The position numbers and the translations under genes are program-made. The notes beneath the pieces are model-generated. The model ran no database searches and was not told the origin of the DNA. It saw nothing but the letters and a program-made list of their open reading frames with translations. Positions 1-9,331 of a stretch of 64,000 bases of DNA are shown one piece after another. This DNA is from an uncultured virus (IMG/VR IMGVR_UViG_3300023173_001364). Its lineage: Duplodnaviria > Heunggongvirae > Uroviricota > Caudoviricetes. The stretch spans positions 1-64,000 of the IMG/VR virus record IMGVR_UViG_3300023173_001364. One strand, given 5' to 3'. Each line of letters begins with the position of its first letter. Positions within the stretch are counted from its first letter, which is position 1.

Positions 1-1
1 T

Positions 2-913
2 GTAAACAACAAAGAAAACAAAACGTCATTAAACGACTTAAACAGTATAGCATATCCTAATTACGAAGATTTTTTCAAAGACTTTCCAAAATATAAAAGT
101 TGTGAAGTTTCTATTCCTATTGTTGGAAGCAGAGGATGTGTTCGAAAATGTACTTTTTGCAATGTTGCAGCAATATGGCCAACTTATAGATTTAGAACTG
201 GAGAAAATATTGCGCAAGAAATGATTAGTAACAAAGAAAAGTTTGGAGTAACTTCTTATAGATTTATGGATAGTCTAATCAATGGAAGTATGAAAGCATT
301 TCGTGATTTGTGTTATGTAATGTCAAGGTATAACAGTAATATTCAAGATAAAATAGTTTGGAGTGGGCAATTTATATGTAGATCAGAAACACAAATGCCA
401 CCAGACGATTTTGTTAATATGAAAAAAGCAGGATGCCATTCTGTTAGTATTGGTATTGAAAGCGGAAGTGAAAAAGTCCGAAATGATATCATTAAAGGAT
501 TTACTGAAGAAGACATGATTTATACATTGGATCAATGTGCAAAGAATGATATAAGAATACAACTAATGTTTTTAGTTGGGTATCCGACAGAAACTGATGA
601 TGACCATCAAAAAAGTATTGACTTATTACACAAATACAGTTATTATAAACATGGTATAGATATTACTATTGGAAAAACACTGCGTCTATTAGACAATACA
701 CCATTGACAGATAAATTTAGTCATCTGTATACATTTGACAACAACAAAGAATCCGAATGGGTAAGCACAGTTGTTCCAAGTTTAACATTTGAAAAACGTG
801 TTAGTCGTGCAAAAGAGCTCAGAGAAGTGAGCGAACTTATTGGATATAAATTAATAAACATACACGACGATGAAAACTTTTTTGAATACAAATTGAAAAA
901 AAGACAAGAATAA
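2..913 (+). CDS. Radical SAM protein (B12-binding/class B-like), 5' truncated by window edge
   Basis: Frame open from base 2; GSRGCVRKCTFC (CxxxCxxC at 137-160) lies upstream of the ORF-track start; GIESGS and FLVGYPTET motifs. Confidence 0.9.
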   Translation, partial: VNNKENKTSLNDLNSIAYPNYEDFFKDFPKYKSCEVSIPIVGSRGCVRKCTFCNVAAIWPTYRFRTGENIAQEMISNKEKFGVTSYRFMDSLINGSMKAFRDLCYVMSRYNSNIQDKIVWSGQFICRSETQMPPDDFVNMKKAGCHSVSIGIESGSEKVRNDIIKGFTEEDMIYTLDQCAKNDIRIQLMFLVGYPTETDDDHQKSIDLLHKYSYYKHGIDITIGKTLRLLDNTPLTDKFSHLYTFDNNKESEWVSTVVPSLTFEKRVSRAKELREVSELIGYKLINIHDDENFFEYKLKKRQE

Positions 914-940
914 ATATATTATAGTATATTGGAGAATATC

Positions 941-1555
941 ATGAAAAAGCAAGACTTACCTACAATAGAAAACTTAAATCTCAATATCGAGTTAGATAAA
1001 CTCAGATTTGAAAGTGATAGATTAGCAGAAAAGTTTACAGATGTACGTAGTGCAAATCCAATGCTTTGTGATAACCATATGGAACTTGTAAAAGATGTAT
1101 ATGACAACTTTGAACAAATTAATTTAACAGAGCCAAGTGAAATACTTCCTTATACAGAGAGTATTAAAGAACGTCTGAGACGTCGAGAGGAACATTTGTA
1201 TAATGTTCCTACAGAAGATTATACTGGAAGTTACATTCAAAGTATTGTAGAGCAGTGTAAATCTCCTGCTAGTCGTGTACGTATTACAAAATTAGCACCA
1301 GGTAAGATGATTCCATTTCATGTAGACTATGATGTTAGTTATGCAGTACGTTGCATTTGTCCAATTTACGGCGGAAATAACGTAGTTAATCTTTTTAAAC
1401 GTGATGGTAAATTAGAAGCATACAACTTAGAAGATGGCAATGCATATTTCTTAAATATCGGATATCCACATGCTGTGATAAACATGAGCGACAAGCCTCG
1501 TATTGCTTTGATGTTCAGTCTTGACGGTACATTGGATATCGAACATGCCGCATGA
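941..1555 (+). CDS. Aspartyl/asparaginyl beta-hydroxylase-like 2OG-Fe(II) oxygenase
   Basis: IPFHVD...HAVIN...RIALM jelly-roll motifs; GGAG RBS before ATG 941. Confidence 0.8.
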   Translation: MKKQDLPTIENLNLNIELDKLRFESDRLAEKFTDVRSANPMLCDNHMELVKDVYDNFEQINLTEPSEILPYTESIKERLRRREEHLYNVPTEDYTGSYIQSIVEQCKSPASRVRITKLAPGKMIPFHVDYDVSYAVRCICPIYGGNNVVNLFKRDGKLEAYNLEDGNAYFLNIGYPHAVINMSDKPRIALMFSLDGTLDIEHAA

Positions 1556-2213
1556 AATTGATATTAAAGAAAGTACAATAGAATTACTTTTAGACTATGT
1601 TAAACAACATGTAGATATAAATGCGAATCCGGATCCGTTTTATATGAATGTAGATGCTGATTTGCGAGAACGTGCGTTTGGCGACTATCTAAACACAGAT
1701 ATAATGGAAACCGCATATATCTATGCTCATACACAACCAATACCATTGCATGTAGACAGATATAAAAAGAATGCTGTTTATAATTTGTGTGTACCTTTGT
1801 ATAAAACTACCGAACAAGAACAACGTCTTTTAGTATTTGATCAGCAGTTTACATCACATGGTATGAGTTGGAGACTTAGCAGTATAGAACACGAAAAACA
1901 TAAACCAGCAGGTTATTATGATCAAAGTACCAGTGATGCTGACAACGATCATTTACCCAGTGAAGTATTAATAGATGTGCGTCCGGCAGACACACCAGGT
2001 GTAAGTGCAATTACTGATCAACCTTTACCTGACAGCATACAAAAGTTATTGCCATACGGAAATCAAAATTTTTATTATGGACTAACTGGTATTGCTTGGC
2101 ACTGGAATCCGGGTAAGGCATTAGTATTTAAATCAAGTCAGATACACGGAACTGCACAACAGTCTGAGTTTAAAATTGGATGTGTTGTATTGATGAATTC
2201 AGACCAAGTATAA
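1545..2213 (+). CDS. Putative 2OG-Fe(II) oxygenase-like protein
   Basis: PLHVD...IHGT His-Asp-His triad; paralog of 2170..2829. Confidence 0.6.
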   Translation: MPHEIDIKESTIELLLDYVKQHVDINANPDPFYMNVDADLRERAFGDYLNTDIMETAYIYAHTQPIPLHVDRYKKNAVYNLCVPLYKTTEQEQRLLVFDQQFTSHGMSWRLSSIEHEKHKPAGYYDQSTSDADNDHLPSEVLIDVRPADTPGVSAITDQPLPDSIQKLLPYGNQNFYYGLTGIAWHWNPGKALVFKSSQIHGTAQQSEFKIGCVVLMNSDQV

Positions 2214-2829
2214 CTTTTTCGTAAGGTGCTTTAAATTGTACTGTACACCCAATTTTAGGGCTCTGCATTAACCCTGTTGCATGAGGATGTACTGCAGAAA
2301 ATATAAGTGCTTTTCCTGGTTTATATGGCCACGCTTTTCCTGATAGACCGTAGTAAAACTCTTCAGAAAACGGTAAATGTTTCATTAGTTCTGGATCAAT
2401 CGAACTATTAGTTAATCCAGATATATTCGGATATTCACATGGTCTAGATTTTAATGCACTTAGATAATACATATCTGCTAATTCTTGGTCAGTTTTGTCG
2501 TCGAACAAATTCCATATCCAACTAACCGGTGACAAATTGTTTATTTTTTGATCGAATACTACAAAATGCTGAGATGGATCTGCACTTATCGGCATTAGCA
2601 TTATAGTTTGTTTTAAATCAGAAATATCGGCGTGCGTTGTAAACGGATTAATATGTGAAAACAAGTTACCGTAGTGGTAATAAGTTGTATCGATAAACTC
2701 AGACACAATAGCTTCGATTTGATCCTGTTCTTCAATAATGCTTAGTTCATGCATTTCACTTGCATTTCCGTGTTTCGATAAGTGCAATAATTTTTCTAAT
2801 ATATTGTCAGGTAAATCAATTTCTATCAT
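2170..2829 (-). CDS. Putative 2OG-Fe(II) oxygenase-like protein
   Basis: THAD...PHATG; shares VFDQ, FYYGL.G.AW, PGKAL.F and KIGC with 1545..2213. Confidence 0.6.
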   Translation of the reverse strand: MIEIDLPDNILEKLLHLSKHGNASEMHELSIIEEQDQIEAIVSEFIDTTYYHYGNLFSHINPFTTHADISDLKQTIMLMPISADPSQHFVVFDQKINNLSPVSWIWNLFDDKTDQELADMYYLSALKSRPCEYPNISGLTNSSIDPELMKHLPFSEEFYYGLSGKAWPYKPGKALIFSAVHPHATGLMQSPKIGCTVQFKAPYEKVILGLNSSIQHIQF

Positions 2830-3383
2830 GGAATTATAGTAAGCTCTCTAATTGTATTTCCTGTCTCAAATGTTCTTATAATATAGTCTACTGCTGAAAT
2901 TGCATTTTTAATCGACACTTTTTTTTCGTTTGGTACCATTTCATTTATATGTGGTAAATCAATATAACCGAATCTTAAATTACACACAGATGGTCCGTTT
3001 TTCAAATAGCTTAACTGTTCACATGCTTTATCAGTAGCTGCTTTAGCCGCAGCATATGGCCAGAAATGTTTTTTGATACCATCACTTGTATTTGATCCTA
3101 AGTTAATAATTAATTTGTTTTGTTGATGTTCCCAACGTTGGTAAATTTTATATAATATATCTAATTGTGTATTCATACCTTCGGCACTATCCGCTGCAAT
3201 TGCAGGAAATGCGTTGTTTATAAAAATGTCACAATCTTGTGCAGCATTAATCATACTTTTAATGTTAGCAGTTTCTAATAAGTTATATCCGTTTTTTCTA
3301 GAAAATCCAATTGCTTGTGGAAAATGCTGATATAAAACTAATCCTAGTCCACTAGTATGTCCTGTTATTGCAATATTATACAT
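2826..3383 (-). CDS. Short-chain dehydrogenase/reductase
   Basis: IAITGHTSGLG, FINNA and YAAAK (YxxxK) motifs. Confidence 0.85.
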   Translation of the reverse strand: MYNIAITGHTSGLGLVLYQHFPQAIGFSRKNGYNLLETANIKSMINAAQDCDIFINNAFPAIAADSAEGMNTQLDILYKIYQRWEHQQNKLIINLGSNTSDGIKKHFWPYAAAKAATDKACEQLSYLKNGPSVCNLRFGYIDLPHINEMVPNEKKVSIKNAISAVDYIIRTFETGNTIRELTIIP

Positions 3384-3384
3384 T

Positions 3385-3945
3385 TTATTCGTCCAATAAA
3401 CAAACAACAAGATGTATACGATCATCAGTACTACCATTAAATGCAGTGTGAGGTTTTTTTGTATTTGTATGCCACCAAGTATTTGCTGGTAAATGCATTA
3501 CTTCATCGTCGATTACCATACGACATCCTTCATGTGTCTTAATAGGATAATGTATTCTTGTACTATCATCTGTATGCCATGTTAGACAAGTTTTTAGTTT
3601 TGATTTCATTAAACGTATTCTTCCTACAGCATGATGTTGTACAAGCATATTATACATCTCTTCGAATTCTGTTCCATTGAAGGTAGGATTAAAAACAGTA
3701 AAATCTTTTTCTGTATACATTGTGGTACGTTTTGGCACTACAAGTTTATTGTTTTCATCATAATATGAATTATCCCAATCCCAATATAAACTACCGCAAC
3801 CAATTGCTTGATTGCTAGGATCTTCTTTTACTCCATTAATACAGATTTGTCCATGATGCCAATTTATTAAATTATTTTTTATTAAATTGTTTAAAGCATT
3901 TTCTAAATCGTATTCTGGGTAATGTAGTTTTGTAAAATACTTCAT
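3385..3945 (-). CDS. Aspartyl/asparaginyl beta-hydroxylase-like 2OG-Fe(II) oxygenase
   Basis: LTWHTD...RIHYPI...HTAFN...RIHLV. Confidence 0.8.
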   Translation of the reverse strand: MKYFTKLHYPEYDLENALNNLIKNNLINWHHGQICINGVKEDPSNQAIGCGSLYWDWDNSYYDENNKLVVPKRTTMYTEKDFTVFNPTFNGTEFEEMYNMLVQHHAVGRIRLMKSKLKTCLTWHTDDSTRIHYPIKTHEGCRMVIDDEVMHLPANTWWHTNTKKPHTAFNGSTDDRIHLVVCLLDE

Positions 3946-3956
3946 AAATTTATTTA

Positions 3957-4823
3957 TTATACCGCCATTGGCGCTTTAATACTTGGCATTGGATCGTAGC
4001 CTATTAGTTTATAATCTGAGGTTCTTGTGTTTAGTAATGTTTCTAAATCGCAGAAAGGAGGCATGAACAAGTAAGGAAGTTTACGTTCATCTCTTGTTAG
4101 TTGCTCTTGTACTTGTTCTAAGTGATTCATATAAATGTGACAGTCGCCTCCAGTCCAAACAAACTCGCCAACTTCCAGATCACAGATGTGTGCTAGCATA
4201 TGTGTCAGTAGACTATAACTTGCAATGTTAAATGGAACACCTAAAAACATATCGGCACTACGTTGATACAGTTGACAATTTAGTTTACCATTCATTACTC
4301 TAAACTGTGCCATAGTATGGCAGGGAGGAAGTGCCATTTGTTCAATTTGTAATGGATTCCATGCACTTAATATAATGCGTCTACTGTCTGGATTATTTTT
4401 AATTTCACTAATAATATTAGTGATTTGATCACACTTTGGATGCTCTCCATTAAAGTTACGCCATTGTGCACCGTAAACAGGACCTAAGTGTTTTGTTAGT
4501 GTAGTATTAATATAACCTAAGTCTACACCTTGCTTGTCGGCATTAGCAGTCCAAATAGTTGCTTTGTCTACTAGTTCGCTGCGTGACTCTCCGTATGTAA
4601 GTTCAGCTAGTCTACGCTCATCTGTACTGCCTTCTAAGAACCATAACAGTTCTCCTACTACACTCTTCCATGCAAGACGTTTTGTAGTAACCGCAGGAAA
4701 TCCGTCTTGTAAATTAAAGCGCATTTGGTATCCAAACACGCTCTTTGTACCTACTCCGGTACGATCAGTAACTTCTTCTCCATTATTGAATATATGTTGT
4801 AACGCATCTAAATACTGCTTCAA
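3957..4823 (-). CDS. thyA: Thymidylate synthase
   Basis: DRTGVGT, ELLWF, GPVYG, LPPCH, YQRSAD, PFNIASY, C-terminal MAV. Confidence 0.97.
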   Translation of the reverse strand: MKQYLDALQHIFNNGEEVTDRTGVGTKSVFGYQMRFNLQDGFPAVTTKRLAWKSVVGELLWFLEGSTDERRLAELTYGESRSELVDKATIWTANADKQGVDLGYINTTLTKHLGPVYGAQWRNFNGEHPKCDQITNIISEIKNNPDSRRIILSAWNPLQIEQMALPPCHTMAQFRVMNGKLNCQLYQRSADMFLGVPFNIASYSLLTHMLAHICDLEVGEFVWTGGDCHIYMNHLEQVQEQLTRDERKLPYLFMPPFCDLETLLNTRTSDYKLIGYDPMPSIKAPMAV

Positions 4824-5236
4824 AGTGTACCCTCTTCTCTCATTTGTGCTCTTATTTTTGTAGCACTAATTTCATGAATTTTTTCACCTAAGTCGTGTTC
4901 TGTAAATGTATAACCTACTCCACGTCCGTAACTAATATCTACAATGTTAGGAACTTTCATGATAATGTAATGTTTATTGTGTGCGATATTTTCATCATAT
5001 AATGCGTAAATAATGTTTTTTCTAACTTGATTAAATGTAAACGGGTTATCGTCTTGTACTGCAGTACGTCCGGCACCTGCATCTTCTCCTATAATACCGC
5101 CTACATCACGTACCATAATACAAACTTGTCCAGTGATTTCTAGTGCACGTTTAACTAATTCAGTATGACCGTCATGCCACGGTTGCCAGCGTCCTAATAA
5201 TTGTACAGTTGGTTTTTGTGGATCAAACAGTTCCAT
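4820..5236 (-). CDS. HxGH-family nucleotidyltransferase (cytidylyltransferase/ATP-sulfurylase-like)
   Basis: GRWQPWHDGH and ISATKIR motifs. Confidence 0.8.
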   Translation of the reverse strand: MELFDPQKPTVQLLGRWQPWHDGHTELVKRALEITGQVCIMVRDVGGIIGEDAGAGRTAVQDDNPFTFNQVRKNIIYALYDENIAHNKHYIIMKVPNIVDISYGRGVGYTFTEHDLGEKIHEISATKIRAQMREEGTL

Positions 5237-5663
5237 TTTTATTTCTCTCCATCCAAATTTTTACTATTGGCATTAATACTTCGTGTGTATCATCGAACCA
5301 TTCGCTAACATGATAATCGACATATGCTTCGTACGGACGTACAAACATTTTGTTTGTATCTTCAAAACGTCCTTCTTGAATAGTATCCATCCATATTGTA
5401 AAATCAGCATCAAATATTTTACGTGCTTCATCTGTAGGACATACAAAATCTGATACAGCAATTTTATTTGCAAGTACAACACCGTCTGCTAAATGACGCA
5501 TACGTTCTGCTTGACGTTGTCGTCCGACAGGACTAAAGTCCCAGTCGTTATACTTTTCTCTGATGTTATCTGCATTTAAATGTACACCGTTTAATAGTTC
5601 TGCTAGTGGTTTTGCTAGTGTAGTTTTACCACTACCAGGTAATCCAAATATTAAAATTTTCAT
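5223..5663 (-). CDS. cysC: Adenylyl-sulfate kinase-like P-loop kinase
   Basis: GLPGSGKTT, LNADNIR, FSPVGR.RQ..R, FVCP. Confidence 0.8.
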   Translation of the reverse strand: MKILIFGLPGSGKTTLAKPLAELLNGVHLNADNIREKYNDWDFSPVGRQRQAERMRHLADGVVLANKIAVSDFVCPTDEARKIFDADFTIWMDTIQEGRFEDTNKMFVRPYEAYVDYHVSEWFDDTHEVLMPIVKIWMERNKNGTV

Positions 5664-6139
5664 ATTTGTCTCCACTTGTCGACCCATAAGTCTCCTTCAC
5701 GTTCACTGCTAAACAGTTCATATGAAGTTTCGATAATTTCACGTGGCAAAAATGTATCACAGTCGTATGTTCCTGGAATACGACTTAACCATATTTCATC
5801 AATTATTGATAATAGACCATTAACAAGTTGTGCACCACCGATTACCCAAACGTCCTGTAGCTTGTTCATATTAACTAGCTCTGTTTTAGCAGTTTCAAAC
5901 TTTACATAATGATACCCGCCGCCATTATAATCATCAGCACTGCTGGTTACAACTATGTTATTGCGATTAGGCAGTGGTTTATTAGGTAAGCTATCCCATG
6001 TAGACTTGCCCATTGCTACTACACTGCCTGTAGTATTTTGTTTAAACCATTTTAAATCTGCAGGATTATGAGGCCAAGGCAAATCGTTATCTTTACCTAT
6101 ACCCCAGTCATCATCACACGCTAGTATCGCTCGGATCAT
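5660..6139 (-). CDS. folA: Dihydrofolate reductase
   Basis: GIGKDNDLPW, DLKWFK, MGKSTW, PLPNR, VIGG, CDTF. Confidence 0.95.
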   Translation of the reverse strand: MIRAILACDDDWGIGKDNDLPWPHNPADLKWFKQNTTGSVVAMGKSTWDSLPNKPLPNRNNIVVTSSADDYNGGGYHYVKFETAKTELVNMNKLQDVWVIGGAQLVNGLLSIIDEIWLSRIPGTYDCDTFLPREIIETSYELFSSEREGDLWVDKWRQI

Positions 6140-6446
6140 CTTTCTTTTTGTCCAATAAATTTGTTGTTAGTTTACTAATTTGGTCTTCGAGTTTATTATA
6201 GTCTATCATAATTTCAATATCACGAACTGGACTACCATAATCTTCGCCCAAGTCTTCTACTGCACTTAAAATAAACAATACAATGTTCGGCTCTTCAACT
6301 TCTTGTAAATCTTCGCCTTCGAATATTACTCGATCGCCGTTCTCTAGTACAAGAACGAGACGCTCAACAAATTCAAGGGGAACCTCGTCAATGTCAGCGT
6401 CTCTTAATATATTTTGAAAACTGCGATCTTTTTTATGTATCGGCAT
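6114..6446 (-). CDS. Hypothetical acidic phage protein
   Basis: ORF overlapping both neighbours in an operon. Confidence 0.6.
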   Translation of the reverse strand: MPIHKKDRSFQNILRDADIDEVPLEFVERLVLVLENGDRVIFEGEDLQEVEEPNIVLFILSAVEDLGEDYGSPVRDIEIMIDYNKLEDQISKLTTNLLDKKKDDPSDTSV

Positions 6447-7086
6447 TGGCAGTAGCTTTTTTCTTACGTCCACGCTTTGGTTTCAATGACGGATCCATTT
6501 CATATGCTTCAGCTTGTAGTCTTTCTGCTTCTGCTAAAAATGTTTCAGCTTGCGATAACAATCCTTGTGCGATTGCTGAATCGTCTAATGCTTGTTCGCC
6601 AGTGTTTACTGCCTGATCAATTGTTTGCGTTGGATCTAATGTAGTCTGTGTACGTGGCGGCTGATCTGTGTCGTTTACCATTGTATTACGAATATCTTGC
6701 TCGCTCATGCCTGTACGTTGCTTACGAATTACTTCGTTAACTTCGCTTAGTGATACACCTGTGCTACGATTAGGTGTTAACGTAATATTAGTAGTTGGGT
6801 ATTTTTTAATCCAACCACGTTTGTGCATCTCTTGTAACATTGGTGCACCATCGCTAAAGTAACTACGGTTAGCAATTTCAAAAAACTCACTTGCTTCTTG
6901 TCCTGCTGCAGACTCAACTACACGAACAACATCGTCGTGTGCATAGTCTGGTAGTCTGTCTGTTTCTACTACTAAACAATGATCTTTGTCTTGAACATTG
7001 CCACGTTCGTCGTAGATTTCACGGAACACTACAACACATTTAATACCTGTGTTAGTTACTTGTCCGATGTGTTTTAAATTTGCCAT
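6433..7086 (-). CDS. Conserved hypothetical jumbo-phage protein with basic C-terminus
   Basis: 217-aa ORF, GGAGG RBS, C-terminal KPKRGRKKK. Confidence 0.7.
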   Translation of the reverse strand: MANLKHIGQVTNTGIKCVVVFREIYDERGNVQDKDHCLVVETDRLPDYAHDDVVRVVESAAGQEASEFFEIANRSYFSDGAPMLQEMHKRGWIKKYPTTNITLTPNRSTGVSLSEVNEVIRKQRTGMSEQDIRNTMVNDTDQPPRTQTTLDPTQTIDQAVNTGEQALDDSAIAQGLLSQAETFLAEAERLQAEAYEMDPSLKPKRGRKKKATANADT

Positions 7087-7097
7087 TATAAGCCTCC

Positions 7098-7367
7098 TTA
7101 TGCTGTTTCTTCAGCTGCGGCGTCTTCTGTTTGATCTTTTTGTTGATCTTGTACACTTGTAATAAACGCTGTTAAGCGATTATATACAACACCTACTTGC
7201 GCAGCTTCGGCGGCACGGAAAGCACCACGTTGCATTGCTAAGTCGATAACTTGTGCAGCATTTTGCAAATCAGCTACACCTAAACTTGGTGCAACAGGTT
7301 GATCTGCTGCAGCCGCTGGTGCTTCTGTTGTTTCTTGTGCTTCTGTGTTTTGATTTTCTTCAGCCAT
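7098..7367 (-). CDS. Hypothetical phage protein
   Basis: AGGAG RBS; late-type ATAAATA upstream at 7404-7410. Confidence 0.7.
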   Translation of the reverse strand: MAEENQNTEAQETTEAPAAAADQPVAPSLGVADLQNAAQVIDLAMQRGAFRAAEAAQVGVVYNRLTAFITSVQDQQKDQTEDAAAEETA

Positions 7368-7402
7368 ATTATACTCCTATTGACTAATAATTATATACGT
7401 AC

Positions 7403-7681
7403 TTATTTATCACTGTTGTCGATAGACATTTTATACGCTATAAGATTTGAATAAAATGTATCAAAATCAGTTGCTTCTTCAAACCAAAATTGATACAACT
7501 TTTTACCTAAACTTTTTATGTAATGAAAGCCAGTGCAGCCACTAAAGTCTAAACTGTCTAAATCTGGCTCTTCGTTGAATTCTACTACTAAGCGATTCTT
7601 CATCATTTTAGTTACTACTGCAACATCTATAATATGAAGATCATTGTCGCTTAGTGTCAACCCCTGTTTAACAATTTTCAT
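7403..7681 (-). CDS. Hypothetical phage protein
   Basis: ORF fills the gap in the operon. Confidence 0.6.
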   Translation of the reverse strand: MKIVKQGLTLSDNDLHIIDVAVVTKMMKNRLVVEFNEEPDLDSLDFSGCTGFHYIKSLGKKLYQFWFEEATDFDTFYSNLIAYKMSIDNSDK

Positions 7682-7687
7682 AGATAT

Positions 7688-8902
7688 TTATGCAGCCTTT
7701 CTTTCCTGCGATTCGTAGTATACGCTCTGTCCGAATGGTGCTTCAGGCTTTCGGTATTCATTTTTAATAAGGAATAATGTATCACAGTAGTCTGGATCTC
7801 CCCATTTACCCCACGGCTCACCATCTGTAAACATAATAAATTGATCAGGTTCGATACCTTCTTGTTCCATAAATGTCCAGTTAGGCATAAAGTCAGTGCC
7901 ACCACCGCCTGTCATTTCGAACTCTGTAATTGAACGTCCATCTTCGTGTGTAAACTCATCGTAGCCGCTAACTTCTGTGTCAAAGCACCAGATACGAATT
8001 TTATATGATTCGAACTGATCCATAATGCCTTGTACTTCACTTAAGAAGTCTTTGGAATCATCATAACTAATACTACCACTTACGTCTAATGCAATAGCAA
8101 TATCAATCATCTGATCTTTTAGCATACCTGGAAGCACTACATTACTAAACTGACTTTTGCGATTAGGACGCATAAATGTAAAGTCTGATGTTAAGTTACT
8201 TTCAAGTGACACACGGATCATCTGACGCCAGTCCATTTTAGGCTCTGTTAGTTCGCCAATCATACGCTTAATATCTCCAGGAATATTACCAGCACCTGCA
8301 CTTTGTGCGGCTTGTATAATTGCGTTCTTCATTTCGTCTGCGATAGCTTTAGCATCATCTTTTGAAATTTTAGGAGCCTTACCTTTGCCTTCACTTTGAG
8401 AACTGCCTTCTTGGTCACCATCTTCATCGCCTATCTCTAAATGGACGTCTAATGTTTGTTGCGGTGCTGCACCAGACTGTTTAAGTTCTTCGTAAATTGT
8501 TTCAGCAGTCCAGTCGTCTGAGTCATACTTTGCATCGTATAGAGGTTTAACTGTAGTAATAAGACGACCGATTTTTTCACGTACTAACATACCGTTAATT
8601 TTATAGTCGCCTGCCATATTCCATAGTTTACCTTCTCGGTCACCTCTGCGTAGGAAGTGTTCGTATATGCAGTGTCCAACTTCGTGTGCAACCAAGAACA
8701 CAGTCTCGTCTATGTCTAGTGACATTACAAATTCTTCGTTATAGTAAAAGTTGCGTCCGTCTACTGCGGCAGTAGGCAACCAATCTTCTTCTACTTTAAC
8801 TAGTTTTAAACGACATGCTACTTGCCCGAAGAACGGTTGCTTAAACAACATTTTTACACGAGCTGCTACTAATTTGTCGTATGCGTTATTGAACTGTTGC
8901 AT
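7688..8902 (-). CDS. DUF2201-type metallopeptidase + VWA domain protein
   Basis: TAAVDG, AHEVGH (HExxH), DVSGS MIDAS, GGGGTDF, FTDG; start moved to ATG 8902 (AGGAG RBS, promoter upstream). Confidence 0.88.
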   Translation of the reverse strand: MQQFNNAYDKLVAARVKMLFKQPFFGQVACRLKLVKVEEDWLPTAAVDGRNFYYNEEFVMSLDIDETVFLVAHEVGHCIYEHFLRRGDREGKLWNMAGDYKINGMLVREKIGRLITTVKPLYDAKYDSDDWTAETIYEELKQSGAAPQQTLDVHLEIGDEDGDQEGSSQSEGKGKAPKISKDDAKAIADEMKNAIIQAAQSAGAGNIPGDIKRMIGELTEPKMDWRQMIRVSLESNLTSDFTFMRPNRKSQFSNVVLPGMLKDQMIDIAIALDVSGSISYDDSKDFLSEVQGIMDQFESYKIRIWCFDTEVSGYDEFTHEDGRSITEFEMTGGGGTDFMPNWTFMEQEGIEPDQFIMFTDGEPWGKWGDPDYCDTLFLIKNEYRKPEAPFGQSVYYESQERKAA

Positions 8903-8935
8903 ATAATATACTCCTGGAATTTCTATTACAGTATT

Positions 8936-8964
8936 ATAATAAACGAAGTAAGATGTATTGTCAA
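8936..8964 (-). promoter_or_regulatory. sigma70-type promoter for the VWA gene
   Basis: TTGACA-17nt-TATTAT. Confidence 0.7.
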
Positions 8965-9278
8965 CCACTAATGTTAATTAATTTAAATAAAATCATCTCG
9001 TCATATGATTCAAAACTAACATATGCTTGGGTACCTTCTACAACCTTTTTAGGCGGTAGCCAATCGTCGTGCCATGCCATTTGTGAAATTCGTTTTGCTT
9101 CTTCACTTTGCCAAAAGTGCCATCCCCAACGGTGTTTACAGTTAGCATTACACCATTCTATGTACTTACTTGAGACACCGTGACTGTTTAAATCTACAAC
9201 GTGTTTAAACTTTTTCATGTATCCACAATGTGGGTTAGTTACTTCTGTCAATAACAACTCCATACATATACTTATCAT
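8961..9278 (-). CDS. Hypothetical phage protein (start uncertain)
   Basis: ORF with EWC...W.W motif typical of small jumbo-phage proteins. Confidence 0.55.
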   Translation of the reverse strand: MISICMELLLTEVTNPHCGYMKKFKHVVDLNSHGVSSKYIEWCNANCKHRWGWHFWQSEEAKRISQMAWHDDWLPPKKVVEGTQAYVSFESYDEMILFKLINISG

Positions 9279-9281
9279 AAA

Positions 9282-9308
9282 GAAGTAGGGCCACTAGGAC
9301 CCTACTTC
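9282..9308 (-). terminator. Intrinsic terminator-like hairpin after the AAA gene
   Basis: GAAGTAGGG-9nt-CCCTACTTC inverted repeat followed by TTT on the minus strand. Confidence 0.65.
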
Positions 9309-9331
9309 ACCCAGGAGTGACGTAATTAATA

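Noticed and set aside
3957..4823. thyA as a pyrimidine hydroxymethylase for DNA modification
   Set aside because: Has canonical dUMP-specific motifs (PFNIASY Asn) and DHFR nearby; ordinary thymidylate synthase
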